From contig CAKVCP010000001.1 in the NCBI GenBank assembly GCA_934725735.1, positions 1 to 63,047 on the forward strand: a stretch of 63,047 nt of DNA. The letters run 5' to 3'. Made by a program: the position numbers and the translations under genes. This document shows positions 54,168 through 63,047 of the stretch, one piece after another. Source of the DNA: an uncultured Thermoguttaceae bacterium. Lineage in GTDB: Bacteria > Planctomycetota > Planctomycetia > Pirellulales > Thermoguttaceae. Every line of letters begins with the position of its first letter. Position 1 is the stretch's first letter. The notes under the pieces are model-generated. The model saw only the letters and a list, made by a program, of their open reading frames with translations. It was not told where the DNA came from and did no database searches.

Positions 54168-55382
54168 CTATCGTTTAAGGCGTCTTTTGAGCGCGTAAAA
54201 CGCGTTTTGCGCAAAAGACGGAAGAAGGTACATGTGATCGTTGATCCAGGAACTGATTTGGAGACGCTTCGACGGTTTGCGCGGAGGGAAGAGCTCTTCC
54301 GCGCAACGGTTCCAATCGTGATGCGATTCTTCCCAGAGCTTCCAAAAGTCGTCCGATCGCTTCGCGCGTCTCGACGGACGCCTCAAACAAGCGTTTCCCT
54401 CAACTCCTTCCGTCAGGGAAGTCGGAACCAAAACGCAGGAATCGGCGAGCGATTCGATCGCCGCGAGTCCCTTTTTCGTATTTCCCATGAGCATACTGAC
54501 GCCCTGGTTGGTGTTCCGATATTTATACTTTCTGGAAACGTATCCCCAGTAGTCGGAAACGGTTATATCGGAAAGCCTGTTGAGGTTTGCGTGTCGACAT
54601 GAGTAACACGCCTCGTTGAGGACGTAGTTCTGCGTGAAGGCGATGAGATACGGATCGGAATAAAAAGACGCGTAGTGAATCGACCCGTCCTCGCACTGAA
54701 TCTCCGACGCGGAGGCGCCCCAGCCGCGTTCTTTTACCCGGAAACGATACGACTTCACCGGAGATTTCAGCCGTCGCGGAAGGTAGTCTTTGACGTAGGT
54801 CTGGAAGATTCCGGGAGACGGAGCGCCGTGACATACGAAATCCATCGTCAACAGGGAGTCGTAATCCTTTCCTAAGTAATTGCGGATCGCGGCGCATTGG
54901 CAGGGAGTCCCCGTGAAGAACACCCTCTTGCCCGCGACAAGGGAATCCTTAATCCGCGGATATGCCGCCGACGCGTCGCTTTGGAGATACTTCGATCCGA
55001 AGCATAGAACAAGATCTTCTTCCGCCGCGACGCAAACGTGACGCGCGACAAAATCGGAGTCGAGAACGACGCCCCAAACTTCGCCCCCTTGTCTCAGAAC
55101 ACGGACGGCAAGTTCGCGGAAGATTCCGCCGGAGGTTGCGCGTAGGCGTTCCGCGTCGTTCGTCGTCCACGCGGCGTAGACTTTTTTCGCGACGTCGCGC
55201 GGCGGCGGAAGAACACGACCGGGACAGACGCGTTCGCAACGTCCGCAACTTTGGCACTTGCCCGAATCGACTTGCGGAACGAGAAATCCTCTCTCGTCTT
55301 GAGTGAAGAGAATCGCGCCAAACGCGCAAACGCTAACGCAGACTCCGCACCCCGTGCAGTCTTTACGTTCGCATGGAATCAT
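54168..55382 (-). CDS. FrhB/FdhB-like (coenzyme F420 hydrogenase beta-subunit family) protein with N-terminal 2x[4Fe-4S] ferredoxin domain
   Basis: CTGCGVCVSVCAFGA and CQSCGRCERVCP clusters. The remainder resembles the FrhB_FdhB N and C domains. Confidence 0.7.
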   Translation of the reverse strand: MIPCERKDCTGCGVCVSVCAFGAILFTQDERGFLVPQVDSGKCQSCGRCERVCPGRVLPPPRDVAKKVYAAWTTNDAERLRATSGGIFRELAVRVLRQGGEVWGVVLDSDFVARHVCVAAEEDLVLCFGSKYLQSDASAAYPRIKDSLVAGKRVFFTGTPCQCAAIRNYLGKDYDSLLTMDFVCHGAPSPGIFQTYVKDYLPRRLKSPVKSYRFRVKERGWGASASEIQCEDGSIHYASFYSDPYLIAFTQNYVLNEACYSCRHANLNRLSDITVSDYWGYVSRKYKYRNTNQGVSMLMGNTKKGLAAIESLADSCVLVPTSLTEGVEGNACLRRPSRRAKRSDDFWKLWEESHHDWNRCAEELFPPRKPSKRLQISSWINDHMYLLPSFAQNAFYALKRRLKR

Positions 55383-55449
55383 AACTGGCTCCCTTATCTC
55401 TCGTTGGCGCCGCGCTGACGATCCTTTTAGCGTCGCCGCGCGCGGTTCG

Positions 55450-57624
55450 CTACCAATTTAATTCGGACGCTTCCTCCCAGTGTTCGTACAGCTGTTTGAT
55501 CGCGTCTTCTTCCGCGCGTATCTCTTCCTGCAAGGCCTTCATCTTGACGCCGTCGCGAAGATTTTCCGGTTTGAGAATATCTTCGTTGAGGGTCTGAAGA
55601 CGCGTTTCGCGAATGAATATTTCGTCCTCAATATCCGAGACTTTGCGGAAAGGAAACTTGCGTTTGCGTTTCTCTTGCTTGGGTTTCGCGGGGCGCCCTT
55701 GCGACGATTTGAAGTTCTGTTCGGCGTATTTGGAGGAATCGCCCTGTTTATAGCTGGCGACGCCGTTCGATTTGTTCTTCGCGTCGGGATCGTCGAGACC
55801 TTTGACGGGCCCCTGATTCTTGCCTTTGACCTTTACGGGGGCCTGCGGCGCGGGTGCGGTCGTCTTGTTTTTGCGTTTGGGAGAGGTCTTTTCGAGGGAG
55901 GAACGACGCGACATATCCGAGTTCGCTTTGACGGGGCCGCGCGTCGTCTTTTCAGGAACGAAGGGCTCGTCAAGCGCGTTCGGGAGGAACGGATCGGCGA
56001 TGAGTCCTTTTGAGACCATGTGACGGAACGTGGAATAATTTCCGTCGATGATCTGATACGTTGCGTTCGGCTGGACGACCAAGAGTTTGGTGGCGACTTG
56101 GTCGACGAAATATCGGTCGTGGCTGATGAATAGGACGCTTCCGTCGAATTCGTTGATCGCCTTTTCGAGCGCTTCGCGCGCCCATAGATCGAGGTGGTTC
56201 GTCGGTTCGTCGAGGATCAGGACGTTTGGATCGTCGGCGGCGAGTTTCGCGAGCGCGGCGCGGCAACGTTGACCCCCGCTCAGATTGCAGACTTTTAGCA
56301 GCTGCTGGTCGCCGGAAAGCCCGAACGCGCCGAGCAACTTGCGGCGCTGAAGATCTTCAAAGACCTTTTTCTTCGTGGGGCGCACCGCGTCGACGACGGC
56401 GATTTGATCGTCGACGACGCGCAACTGCTGATCGAAATATCCGACTTCCACGCCTTGTCCAAAACGCACCTCTCCCGAGTCTGGCGTCTCTTGTCCGAGG
56501 AGGCATCGCAAGAACGTCGTTTTACCGCATCCGTTAGGGCCAAGAATCGCCCAACGTTCGCCGCGCTGAATATCAAACGAATAATTCTTAAAAAGGGTTC
56601 GCTCTCCGTAACCTTTCGTAAGGCCTTCGATACGGAAGACGATATCGCCGGTGCGCGACGCCGGGGGGAAGGCCATCGGCGCGGCGGTGACGTTGCGCGG
56701 GAGCGTCGGGGGATCCGCTTCGAGACGTTCGAGCTTCTTACGACGGTCTTCCGCCTGCGCCGCTTTCATGCCGTAATGGTTGCGACGAATAAAGTCTTTC
56801 GCCTTCTCGACCTCTTCCACCCATTTTTCGTAAGTCTTCGTCTGGACGGCGAGACGTTCGGCCTTAAGCGTTTGATATTTCGTGAAGTTCCCCGGATAAT
56901 CGTCGATCGTCCCGGCGTACAGCTCGAAGGTGCGATTCGTCACGCGGTCGAGGAAATAACGATCGTGGCTGACAAGAATCACGGCGGCGTTTGTCGTCTT
57001 CAAAAAATCTTCAAGCCATTCTGTCGCGGCGAGATCGAGGTGGTTGGACGGTTCGTCGAGGAGCATGATATCGGGCTCTTCTAGAAGCAACTTGGCGAGT
57101 CCGAGACGGTTGAGTTCGCCGCCGCTCAGAGACGCGACCGATTTGCTCATGTCTTCGTCGCGGAAGCCGACGCCATGGAGGATCCGTTCGACGCGATACT
57201 CGATGTTATACGCGTCCTTTCGCATTAGTTCTTCGTGGAGCCGATCGTAGCGGCGCGAGAGACGCTCGCGTTCCTCCTCGGAAATCGAGGGATCCGCGAT
57301 CTTCGTGGCGATCTCCTCCGATTCCTTCAACGCCTGATGGAGCGCGTCGAGCGCATGGCGTCCCGCTTCGAGGACGGTGACGCTCGCGTCGACCTTCGGG
57401 CGCTGCTCAAGGTAGCCGATCGTCGTTGAGCCGACGAGCTCGATCTGTCCGCGTTCCGTTTCTTCGCGACCTGTGAGAATATTCAATAGAGTCGTCTTAC
57501 CGCAGCCGTTGGGTCCAACGAGGCCGATTTTATCCCCGTCGCGAACTTGAAACGTCACGTCCACCAGCACGGGATCTGGTCCGAAGTGTTTGCGAAGATG
57601 TTCAACGTTGAGTATGACGGCCAT
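55450..57624 (-). CDS. ABC-F family ATPase (two ABC domains, no TM domain) with Lys-rich C-terminal tail and coiled coil
   Basis: Two Walker A motifs (GPNGCGKTT twice), two signatures (LSGGELNRL, LSGGQRCRA), two Walker B motifs (LLDEPSNHLD, ILDEPTNHLD). Confidence 0.9.
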   Translation of the reverse strand: MAVILNVEHLRKHFGPDPVLVDVTFQVRDGDKIGLVGPNGCGKTTLLNILTGREETERGQIELVGSTTIGYLEQRPKVDASVTVLEAGRHALDALHQALKESEEIATKIADPSISEEERERLSRRYDRLHEELMRKDAYNIEYRVERILHGVGFRDEDMSKSVASLSGGELNRLGLAKLLLEEPDIMLLDEPSNHLDLAATEWLEDFLKTTNAAVILVSHDRYFLDRVTNRTFELYAGTIDDYPGNFTKYQTLKAERLAVQTKTYEKWVEEVEKAKDFIRRNHYGMKAAQAEDRRKKLERLEADPPTLPRNVTAAPMAFPPASRTGDIVFRIEGLTKGYGERTLFKNYSFDIQRGERWAILGPNGCGKTTFLRCLLGQETPDSGEVRFGQGVEVGYFDQQLRVVDDQIAVVDAVRPTKKKVFEDLQRRKLLGAFGLSGDQQLLKVCNLSGGQRCRAALAKLAADDPNVLILDEPTNHLDLWAREALEKAINEFDGSVLFISHDRYFVDQVATKLLVVQPNATYQIIDGNYSTFRHMVSKGLIADPFLPNALDEPFVPEKTTRGPVKANSDMSRRSSLEKTSPKRKNKTTAPAPQAPVKVKGKNQGPVKGLDDPDAKNKSNGVASYKQGDSSKYAEQNFKSSQGRPAKPKQEKRKRKFPFRKVSDIEDEIFIRETRLQTLNEDILKPENLRDGVKMKALQEEIRAEEDAIKQLYEHWEEASELNW

Positions 57625-57883
57625 GGAATCTCCATATGAATAATATTAACGAAAGCGCGAACACTCGACGGCTTCGCGCGCGGTCTCTTTCAAACTATTC
57701 ATAACATTTTATCATAATTAATATACTGGGCAAGCGGAGAAGGAATCTCGAAGGCGAGCGCGCTTTGTGAAAAAACTCGCTTGTTTTTTGTGAAAAAATA
57801 GATTAATGTGCGAGAAAGGAACGTAAGGCGTTTTTGTCGGGTAAGAAGAACGCCGTCCAGACGCACATAATGAGAACGAGGAT

Positions 57884-59008
57884 ATGCCGCAGATGACGAT
57901 TGAAAGCGCAGCGCAATCGGGTTCAAGGTTAAAGATTAGCGAGTCGACGAGAGTGAACGTCGCCGTCGAGGGCTCGTTAGCGCTCCGACGTTTTGACGCG
58001 CCGCGCGAGTGGACGTCGAACGACGCCGACGCTTTAGCCTTCGCGAAAAGCGTTTTGCGTTCGGAAAGCGAGGCGATTTTGTCGCAGGAGTCGCGCCTCG
58101 ACGCGCGTTTTTGCGAAGCGGTTTCCTTGATTGTCGGGTGCCGAGGGCACGTTGTGACGACGGGAATGGGAAAAGCGGGATTGATCGCGCGTAAAACGTC
58201 GTCGACGCTTTCCTCAACGGGGTCTCCGAGCCACTTCGTTCATCCGGGGGAAGCGTTTCATGGAGATCTAGGCGCGATACGTTCGTGCGACGTCGTGCTG
58301 GCGTATTCTAATAGCGGCGAGACGGAGGAGGTGAAGCGCCTTCTTGGTCCGATTTCGAAGACGGGATCGCCGATTATTGCGATCGTGTCGACGGCGTCGA
58401 GTTCCCTTGGTCGGGCGGCGACCGTATCGCTGGAGTTGGGTAAGATCGACGAAGCGGATTCGTTAGGATTAGCGCCGAGTTCGAGCGCCGCCGCGATGTT
58501 GGCGATCGGCGACGCGTTGGCGTTAGCGGCGAGTCGGGAAAGGGGCTTCCGCGCGGAGGACTTCGCGCAGTTTCATCCCGGCGGCGCGTTGGGGAGACGC
58601 TTGAGTCGCGTCCGCGAGCTGATGCGTCCTCTCTCTTTGTGCCGCGTCGCGTCGGAAACGGCGACGGTTCGCGAAGTCTTCGCCGCATGCCGCAAACCTG
58701 GGCGACGCACGGGCGCCGTGCTGCTGGTCGACTCGCGCGGAAGATTAAGCGGGGTCTTTACGGACAGCGATTTAGCGCGATTATTTGAGTCGCGTCGCGA
58801 AGACGCGTTTGATCGTCCCATTTGCGAAGTGATGACGCGCAATCCTTTGACGACGCGCGCCGACGCGATGGCGAGCGAAGCGATTGCGATCCTTTCCAAG
58901 CGAAAGATTAGCGAGCTTCCCGCGCTGGACGAAGACGGAAAACCTGTCGGTATGCTTGACGTCACCGATCTTGTAGGATTTGTTCCAGAAGAAGAGCAGG
59001 GCAGATAG
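57884..59008 (+). CDS. kdsD: Arabinose-5-phosphate isomerase (KdsD/KpsF/GutQ family; SIS plus two CBS domains)
   Basis: GMGKAGLIARKTSSTLSSTGSPSHFVHPGEAFHGDLG, SNSGETEE, and a C-terminal CBS pair. The start may be downstream of 57884. Confidence 0.85.
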   Translation: MPQMTIESAAQSGSRLKISESTRVNVAVEGSLALRRFDAPREWTSNDADALAFAKSVLRSESEAILSQESRLDARFCEAVSLIVGCRGHVVTTGMGKAGLIARKTSSTLSSTGSPSHFVHPGEAFHGDLGAIRSCDVVLAYSNSGETEEVKRLLGPISKTGSPIIAIVSTASSSLGRAATVSLELGKIDEADSLGLAPSSSAAAMLAIGDALALAASRERGFRAEDFAQFHPGGALGRRLSRVRELMRPLSLCRVASETATVREVFAACRKPGRRTGAVLLVDSRGRLSGVFTDSDLARLFESRREDAFDRPICEVMTRNPLTTRADAMASEAIAILSKRKISELPALDEDGKPVGMLDVTDLVGFVPEEEQGR

Positions 59009-59041
59009 AGAAGAGGTTCAGAAGAAGAAATCGTAAGAGAA

Positions 59042-59116
59042 TGGGCTGTGTTGGATTCGAACCAGCGACCTTCTGGGTGTAAACCAGACGCTCTAACCAA
59101 ACTGAGCTAACAGCCC
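59042..59116 (-). tRNA. tRNA-Val (anticodon UAC)
   Basis: Manual fold of the reverse complement: acceptor GGGCTGT/ACAGCCC, D stem GCTC/GAGC, anticodon stem TCTGG/CCAGA with loop TTTACAC, T arm GCTGG-TTCGAAT-CCAAC (one C-A mismatch), discriminator A. Confidence 0.85.
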
Positions 59117-59240
59117 TTTTCAGTACGTAGTCGAGAACCACGATTAGGCAAATTATACTCGTAAGCGCCGACGCGTCAAGACGCGGCGCTTTTGTTATAG
59201 GAAAAAACTCGCGTCGCCGCCGCGGCGCAGGAGCTAGGAC

Positions 59241-59774
59241 ATGATCAATGGCGAGATTGCGGCCTTGACGGGCGCGCTTGACGGTGGACGATGGGCAAGA
59301 AGCATGGGGATCGGGTTGACGCTGACCCTCGGCGTCTTGGCCTTTGCCGTGTGGCAGTTTCGCGTTTATTGGCGCCGATACCGAACAGGGGACGAAGCGT
59401 CGTCCGAAGGGGCGACGCGCGAAGGGCGATTTTATCGGAATCAGGCGCGAAGGAGGTTGCAGATCGCGGCGCTCGCGGGCGTCGTCGGGCTCTGTATGCT
59501 CGCGGGGATGACGATTCCCGCAGGATATTGTCCGCGACTTTTCGCCTTTTCTTGGATGGGCGTCGTTCTTTTCGGCGCGTGGACAATCGCGCTGGCGATC
59601 GCCGACGTCGTGGCGATTTGGTTCTTCTTCGAAGAGGAACGCCAAGAGAGCGCGGCGCAGAGCGTCGCCTTGCGATATAAGATGGAAAAATTCCAAGAGG
59701 AAAGTCTCCGCGCGTGCGAAGAGGCCGTAAAGAAGGCGCAAGCTGAAGAAAAAGAGCGGGAAGAGAAGGTGTGA
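59241..59774 (+). CDS. Hypothetical membrane protein (3-4 TM helices, charged coiled C-terminus)
   Basis: Hydrophobic segments (GIGLTLTLGVLAFAVW, IAALAGVVGLCMLAGM, FSWMGVVLFGAWTIALAIADVVAIWFFF). Its codon and GC pattern is better than that of the overlapping antisense ORFs. Confidence 0.55.
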   Translation: MINGEIAALTGALDGGRWARSMGIGLTLTLGVLAFAVWQFRVYWRRYRTGDEASSEGATREGRFYRNQARRRLQIAALAGVVGLCMLAGMTIPAGYCPRLFAFSWMGVVLFGAWTIALAIADVVAIWFFFEEERQESAAQSVALRYKMEKFQEESLRACEEAVKKAQAEEKEREEKV

Positions 59775-59776
59775 TT

Positions 59777-60505
59777 ATGGCGTCAATGCCGTCGAGTTTC
59801 GTCTTGAGGTTCCGTTTTCCATGCGCGCGCGTCGAAAATTTAGCGCTTGATAAGCTCGATCCCGAACTCCTTGACGAAACGTACAGAGTCCCTGTATGGT
59901 ACAACGCGGAACGTTTCAACTCATGGAGAATACGCGACGGAGCCGTCCCCGAGGCCGCTCCGCGCGGATCGAAAAATGAGAAACTCTTTGATTTTAGGAT
60001 CGGATGGACGGAAGAAGCGCTCTGCATGACCGTCGTCGTTACGGGCAAGAAAGAGCAGCCTTTCTGGAGGCTTTCAGAATTGGGGGACGCGGACGTTTTG
60101 AGGATTTGCTTTGACACGCGCGACCTTCGCATCTCGCGCCGCGCGAATCGCTACTGCTGCAAATTTGCGTTCTATCCTTTTATTGGAAATTCGGAGAAAA
60201 GAGCGAAGCCCTTCGCGCAGTGGATTCCGATAGCGCGCTCTAAAGAGCCAGCGACTCGCGTCGACGTTAAGACGATTGTCATGGCGTCGAAACGTCGCAA
60301 GGACGGATACGCCATGTCCGTCGTAATTCCCGCCGCCTCTCTGGAGGGATTTCGTCCGATTTCTTTCAATCGATTCGGAATGCATTACGCCGCGCGCGAT
60401 TCCGAGCACGGCGTTTTCGCGCTCCAACATCACGACCCGATCCCTTATGAAGACGATCCGAGTTTGTGGAGCTCTTTTGAGATGGAAGGCGCTCTCACCG
60501 TCTGA
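59777..60505 (+). CDS. Hypothetical protein (possibly CBM9/DOMON-like beta-sandwich)
   Basis: Overlaps or abuts the upstream stop (GTGATTATG). RBS GAGAAGG. The domain assignment is only a weak impression. Confidence 0.5.
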   Translation: MASMPSSFVLRFRFPCARVENLALDKLDPELLDETYRVPVWYNAERFNSWRIRDGAVPEAAPRGSKNEKLFDFRIGWTEEALCMTVVVTGKKEQPFWRLSELGDADVLRICFDTRDLRISRRANRYCCKFAFYPFIGNSEKRAKPFAQWIPIARSKEPATRVDVKTIVMASKRRKDGYAMSVVIPAASLEGFRPISFNRFGMHYAARDSEHGVFALQHHDPIPYEDDPSLWSSFEMEGALTV

Positions 60506-60511
60506 TAAGAA

Positions 60512-61225
60512 TTAACCCTGAGTCGCGTCGATTCCTTGTTCTCCAAGCTTGCGTTTGGCGACGAGGTTGACGTCGGTGAGAAGATCGACGCGATCGAACT
60601 GTTCCGCGACCGCAGGGGAGTGCGTGACGAGAATGAGCGCCACGTTTTCTTCGCGGCACGTGTTGCGCAGCATGTCGACGACGATCTGCTGATTGCCGAC
60701 GTCGACGTTCGCGGTCGGTTCGTCCGCCAAAACGAGTTTCGGCTTATTCGCGAGCGCGCGCGCGACGGAGACGCGTTGTTGTTCGCCGACGCTCATCTGG
60801 CTCGGTTTATGGTGAAGTCGCGCGCCCAATCCGACGCGTTCCAAAAGTTCGATCGCGCGTTTCTTATCATGGCCGCGCCCTGCGAACGCCATTCCGAGCT
60901 GGACGTTTTCAAGCGCCGTAAATCCCGGAAGAAGATTAAACGTCTGGAAGACGTAACCGATGCGTCTCGCGCGGAATTGGTCGCGTTCGGATTCCGTTAA
61001 GAGAGGCGTGTCCCAACCGTCGATGAGCACGTGTCCCGACGTCGGACGAAGAATACCCGCGATAATATGGAGCAACGTCGTCTTACCGCACCCGGAAGGT
61101 CCAATAACGACGACTTGTTCGCCTTCGTCGACGCTCCAGTGGGGAACGTCGAGAATCGGGAGCTCCGCTCCGCTCGGCTCTTGATATGATTTCTTCAGGT
61201 TTTTTAACTCTAACATCTGCGCCAA
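60512..61225 (-). CDS. ABC transporter ATP-binding protein (LolD/MacB/FtsE-like)
   Basis: Walker A GPSGCGKTT, signature MSVGEQQRVSVARAL, Walker B LVLADEPTANVD, H-loop THS. Confidence 0.88.
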   Translation of the reverse strand: MAQMLELKNLKKSYQEPSGAELPILDVPHWSVDEGEQVVVIGPSGCGKTTLLHIIAGILRPTSGHVLIDGWDTPLLTESERDQFRARRIGYVFQTFNLLPGFTALENVQLGMAFAGRGHDKKRAIELLERVGLGARLHHKPSQMSVGEQQRVSVARALANKPKLVLADEPTANVDVGNQQIVVDMLRNTCREENVALILVTHSPAVAEQFDRVDLLTDVNLVAKRKLGEQGIDATQG

Positions 61226-61736
61226 GTCTCCATTTCTCTAACGTCGGCGTTTCCTTTGTCCTAGACTGACCGCCAGGACGCGCGTCAAGAAACATTCCAG
61301 AACATTCTAATAGATTTCGCGTCTTCTTTCAAGCGACCCGGCGCGACTCAATTCCCAGGGATTTTCCAAAAGTTTATAATGGTTTTGGACGATTCTTTTC
61401 TTAACTGTCTATTTTTTCTATTTTAAATATAGTTTGTTTTTAAAACGATAGGAAAAAATAGGACTTTTGACGCATATTGTGAAACTTAACGCGTTTCATT
61501 GCGTCAAAGGGGAAGCCGTGCGTCTTTTTTAACAAGAGACGTTAAGAAAATAGTTTAGAAAAAAGAAACGTTTTATATTGTGGTATTGATATTGGGCAAA
61601 GCTCGTTTATTTGATAAAATACAAAAGCTTTAACCTCATTGTGAGATTTCCTAACAACGCGTGGGCGTCGAGGATTGGGACGCTTGTTCGACGGTTTGAT
61701 TGGATAGATAGAGAAATTACAAGAAAAGGAATAGTC

Positions 61737-63047
61737 ATGAAGATTTCTTCTAAGCTCCGTAATATTCTTTCGCGCGAGAGACGTAAGGAAGAGGCTCGGC
61801 GCAAGGCTCAGAGAGAATTATGCCGTCAACGAATTTTTGAAGCTCTTGAACCCCGTCAGATGCTCGACGCCGCGCTCTATGAAACGCTACCCGACGTCAT
61901 AACGCTTCCGTCGACCGACAACACGTGGCACTACGCGATCGAAGGAAAGAATTTTGATTTTGTCGATACGAGCTCCGTCGACGGTTTGACCGCTTCTTTT
62001 CCGCAGGGGTCTCAAGTTTCGATGACGATCGTTCAGACGTCGACGAACGGCGCGGTCTCCACCCTTGGGGAAGTCGTGATTCAACTCTTCCAGGCGGAGG
62101 GCGAGGCGCCGAATTCGTCAAGTCACTTCCTTGAACTTGTGGCGAGCGATTATTACGAAGGTCTGAGTATTCACCGTATTATGCCCGGCTTTATGTTCCA
62201 GGGCGGCTCTCCTAATGGGGACGGCGTCGGAGGGTCGGGATTGTCGATCGCCGACGAACATAGCGACGTCTTGACGCATAGTCGACGCGGTACCGTCGCT
62301 TACGCCAACAGCGGGCCGAATACGAGCGACGCGCAGTTCTATATTACCTTTGACGCGACCGATTGGCTTGACGGCGGCTACAACGTCTTCGGATACGTCG
62401 TGGACGGTTACGACGTGATCGAGACGCTCGAGAACGCGGAGATAACGCACAATAACCGCAACGAACTTTCGCTTCCCGTCGATTCGTTTACCCTAAAAGA
62501 CGTTCATGTCGTCGCCGATTCGTCGCAAACTCAAGGCGTGTTGCGTCTGACGACGGACGACTCCAAGGGCGGAAAAACCGTCCTCTCCTTCACAAGCGAG
62601 AACGCCGATGGAGAACAGGAACTCCAGAGTACGACGGTTTACGTCGGCGAGAAAGGCTTTACCGACTATATTAACGACGCCCTGGCGCAGTACGATTTCA
62701 ATTTGACTGCGGGCGAGTCTCTCGAAATTAATCTCCCAACCCAGTTTGCCGAATCGGAAATTACCTATTCTATAACGGCGGACGCCGACGCCGAGCGTTA
62801 TGAAATCGTCGCCGATGAAAACAATTCCGGACGTTTTACTATCAAGACGGACAAGGCGGGCGCGCAGTATCTCAAGTTGACCGTAACCGCCAGCGTCAAG
62901 TCTCTCGAAATGAAGACGACGATCGAGACGGACGTTTTCGTTGCGCCCGTCGCGCCTGGCGTCGAATTGCTTGGCTATCCAGCGGGCTCTTACGGCGAGT
63001 TGTTCTATATTGGCTCGAGCTTCAAGGACGGGGAAATCCAGGTCTCT
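61737..63047 (+). CDS. Extracellular-type protein with LExRxxL N-terminal motif and cyclophilin-type peptidyl-prolyl isomerase domain (3' end outside the window)
   Basis: Not in the ORF track because it runs off the end. ATG 61737 with an AAAGGA RBS, and the frame is open to 63047. N-terminus ...RIFEALEPRQMLDAA. PPIase core HFLELVASDYYEGLSIHRIMPGFMFQGGSPNGDGVGGSG...GTVAYANSGPNTSDAQFYITF. Confidence 0.8.
   Translation, partial: MKISSKLRNILSRERRKEEARRKAQRELCRQRIFEALEPRQMLDAALYETLPDVITLPSTDNTWHYAIEGKNFDFVDTSSVDGLTASFPQGSQVSMTIVQTSTNGAVSTLGEVVIQLFQAEGEAPNSSSHFLELVASDYYEGLSIHRIMPGFMFQGGSPNGDGVGGSGLSIADEHSDVLTHSRRGTVAYANSGPNTSDAQFYITFDATDWLDGGYNVFGYVVDGYDVIETLENAEITHNNRNELSLPVDSFTLKDVHVVADSSQTQGVLRLTTDDSKGGKTVLSFTSENADGEQELQSTTVYVGEKGFTDYINDALAQYDFNLTAGESLEINLPTQFAESEITYSITADADAERYEIVADENNSGRFTIKTDKAGAQYLKLTVTASVKSLEMKTTIETDVFVAPVAPGVELLGYPAGSYGELFYIGSSFKDGEIQVS

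Noticed and set aside
58573-60132. Long minus-strand ORFs (58573-59100, 58962-59741, 59245-60132) spanning the tRNA-Val region.
   Set aside because: They run through a well-folding tRNA gene and overlap kdsD and the plus-strand membrane-protein genes. Their Arg/Ser/Pro-rich composition indicates shadow frames.

Overview
The window looks like a chromosomal segment from a Planctomycetota-type bacterium. The supporting signals are N-terminal LExRxLL-type motifs, a PSCyt-like CxxCH protein, a TAT-signal Gfo/Idh/MocA oxidoreductase and a GspK-like pseudopilin. The moderately GC-rich backbone carries proS, alaS, uvrB, a sugar kinase plus nucleotidyltransferase operon, two tandem tRNA-Ile(GAU) genes and one tRNA-Val(UAC). 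It also carries a YdiJ-like FAD/Fe-S oxidase, a UDP-glucuronate-epimerase-like gene, LptB plus a catalytically degenerate LptB paralog, and two tandem NSS transporters followed by an unlisted MetS-like micro-ORF. The remaining backbone genes are FrhB-like, ABC-F, KdsD/KpsF, LolD-like and a 3'-truncated cyclophilin-domain protein. Two visibly A/T-richer accessory regions interrupt this backbone. Region (i), about 16.3-33.3 kb, is an all-plus-strand, heavily rearranged array. It holds seven paralogs of an unrecognised exported protein family ('family A', motifs PLEDWNxPFWKxLREK and GNRKPSDPNxPTxLxGW...RDEIxLTRLQLEYY) and two ~835-aa proteins that are nucleotide-identical for 1.4 kb and then diverge into different C-terminal metzincin-like (HExxHxxGxxD + Met-turn) modules. 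It also holds one GT4 glycosyltransferase, a family-A::protease chimera, a frameshifted copy, and decayed fragments of protease 3' ends and GT 5' ends. Every protease 3' end, intact or decayed, sits directly upstream of a family-A gene. I consider this the best candidate for an undescribed system, either polymorphic effector/immunity-like or protease/inhibitor-like, but the function is inference only. Region (ii), about 44.6-48.3 kb, is a McrBC-type (type IV restriction) gene pair with an unrecognised N-terminal sensor region. Many long antisense or alternative-frame ORFs in the track are GC-driven shadows and were not called.
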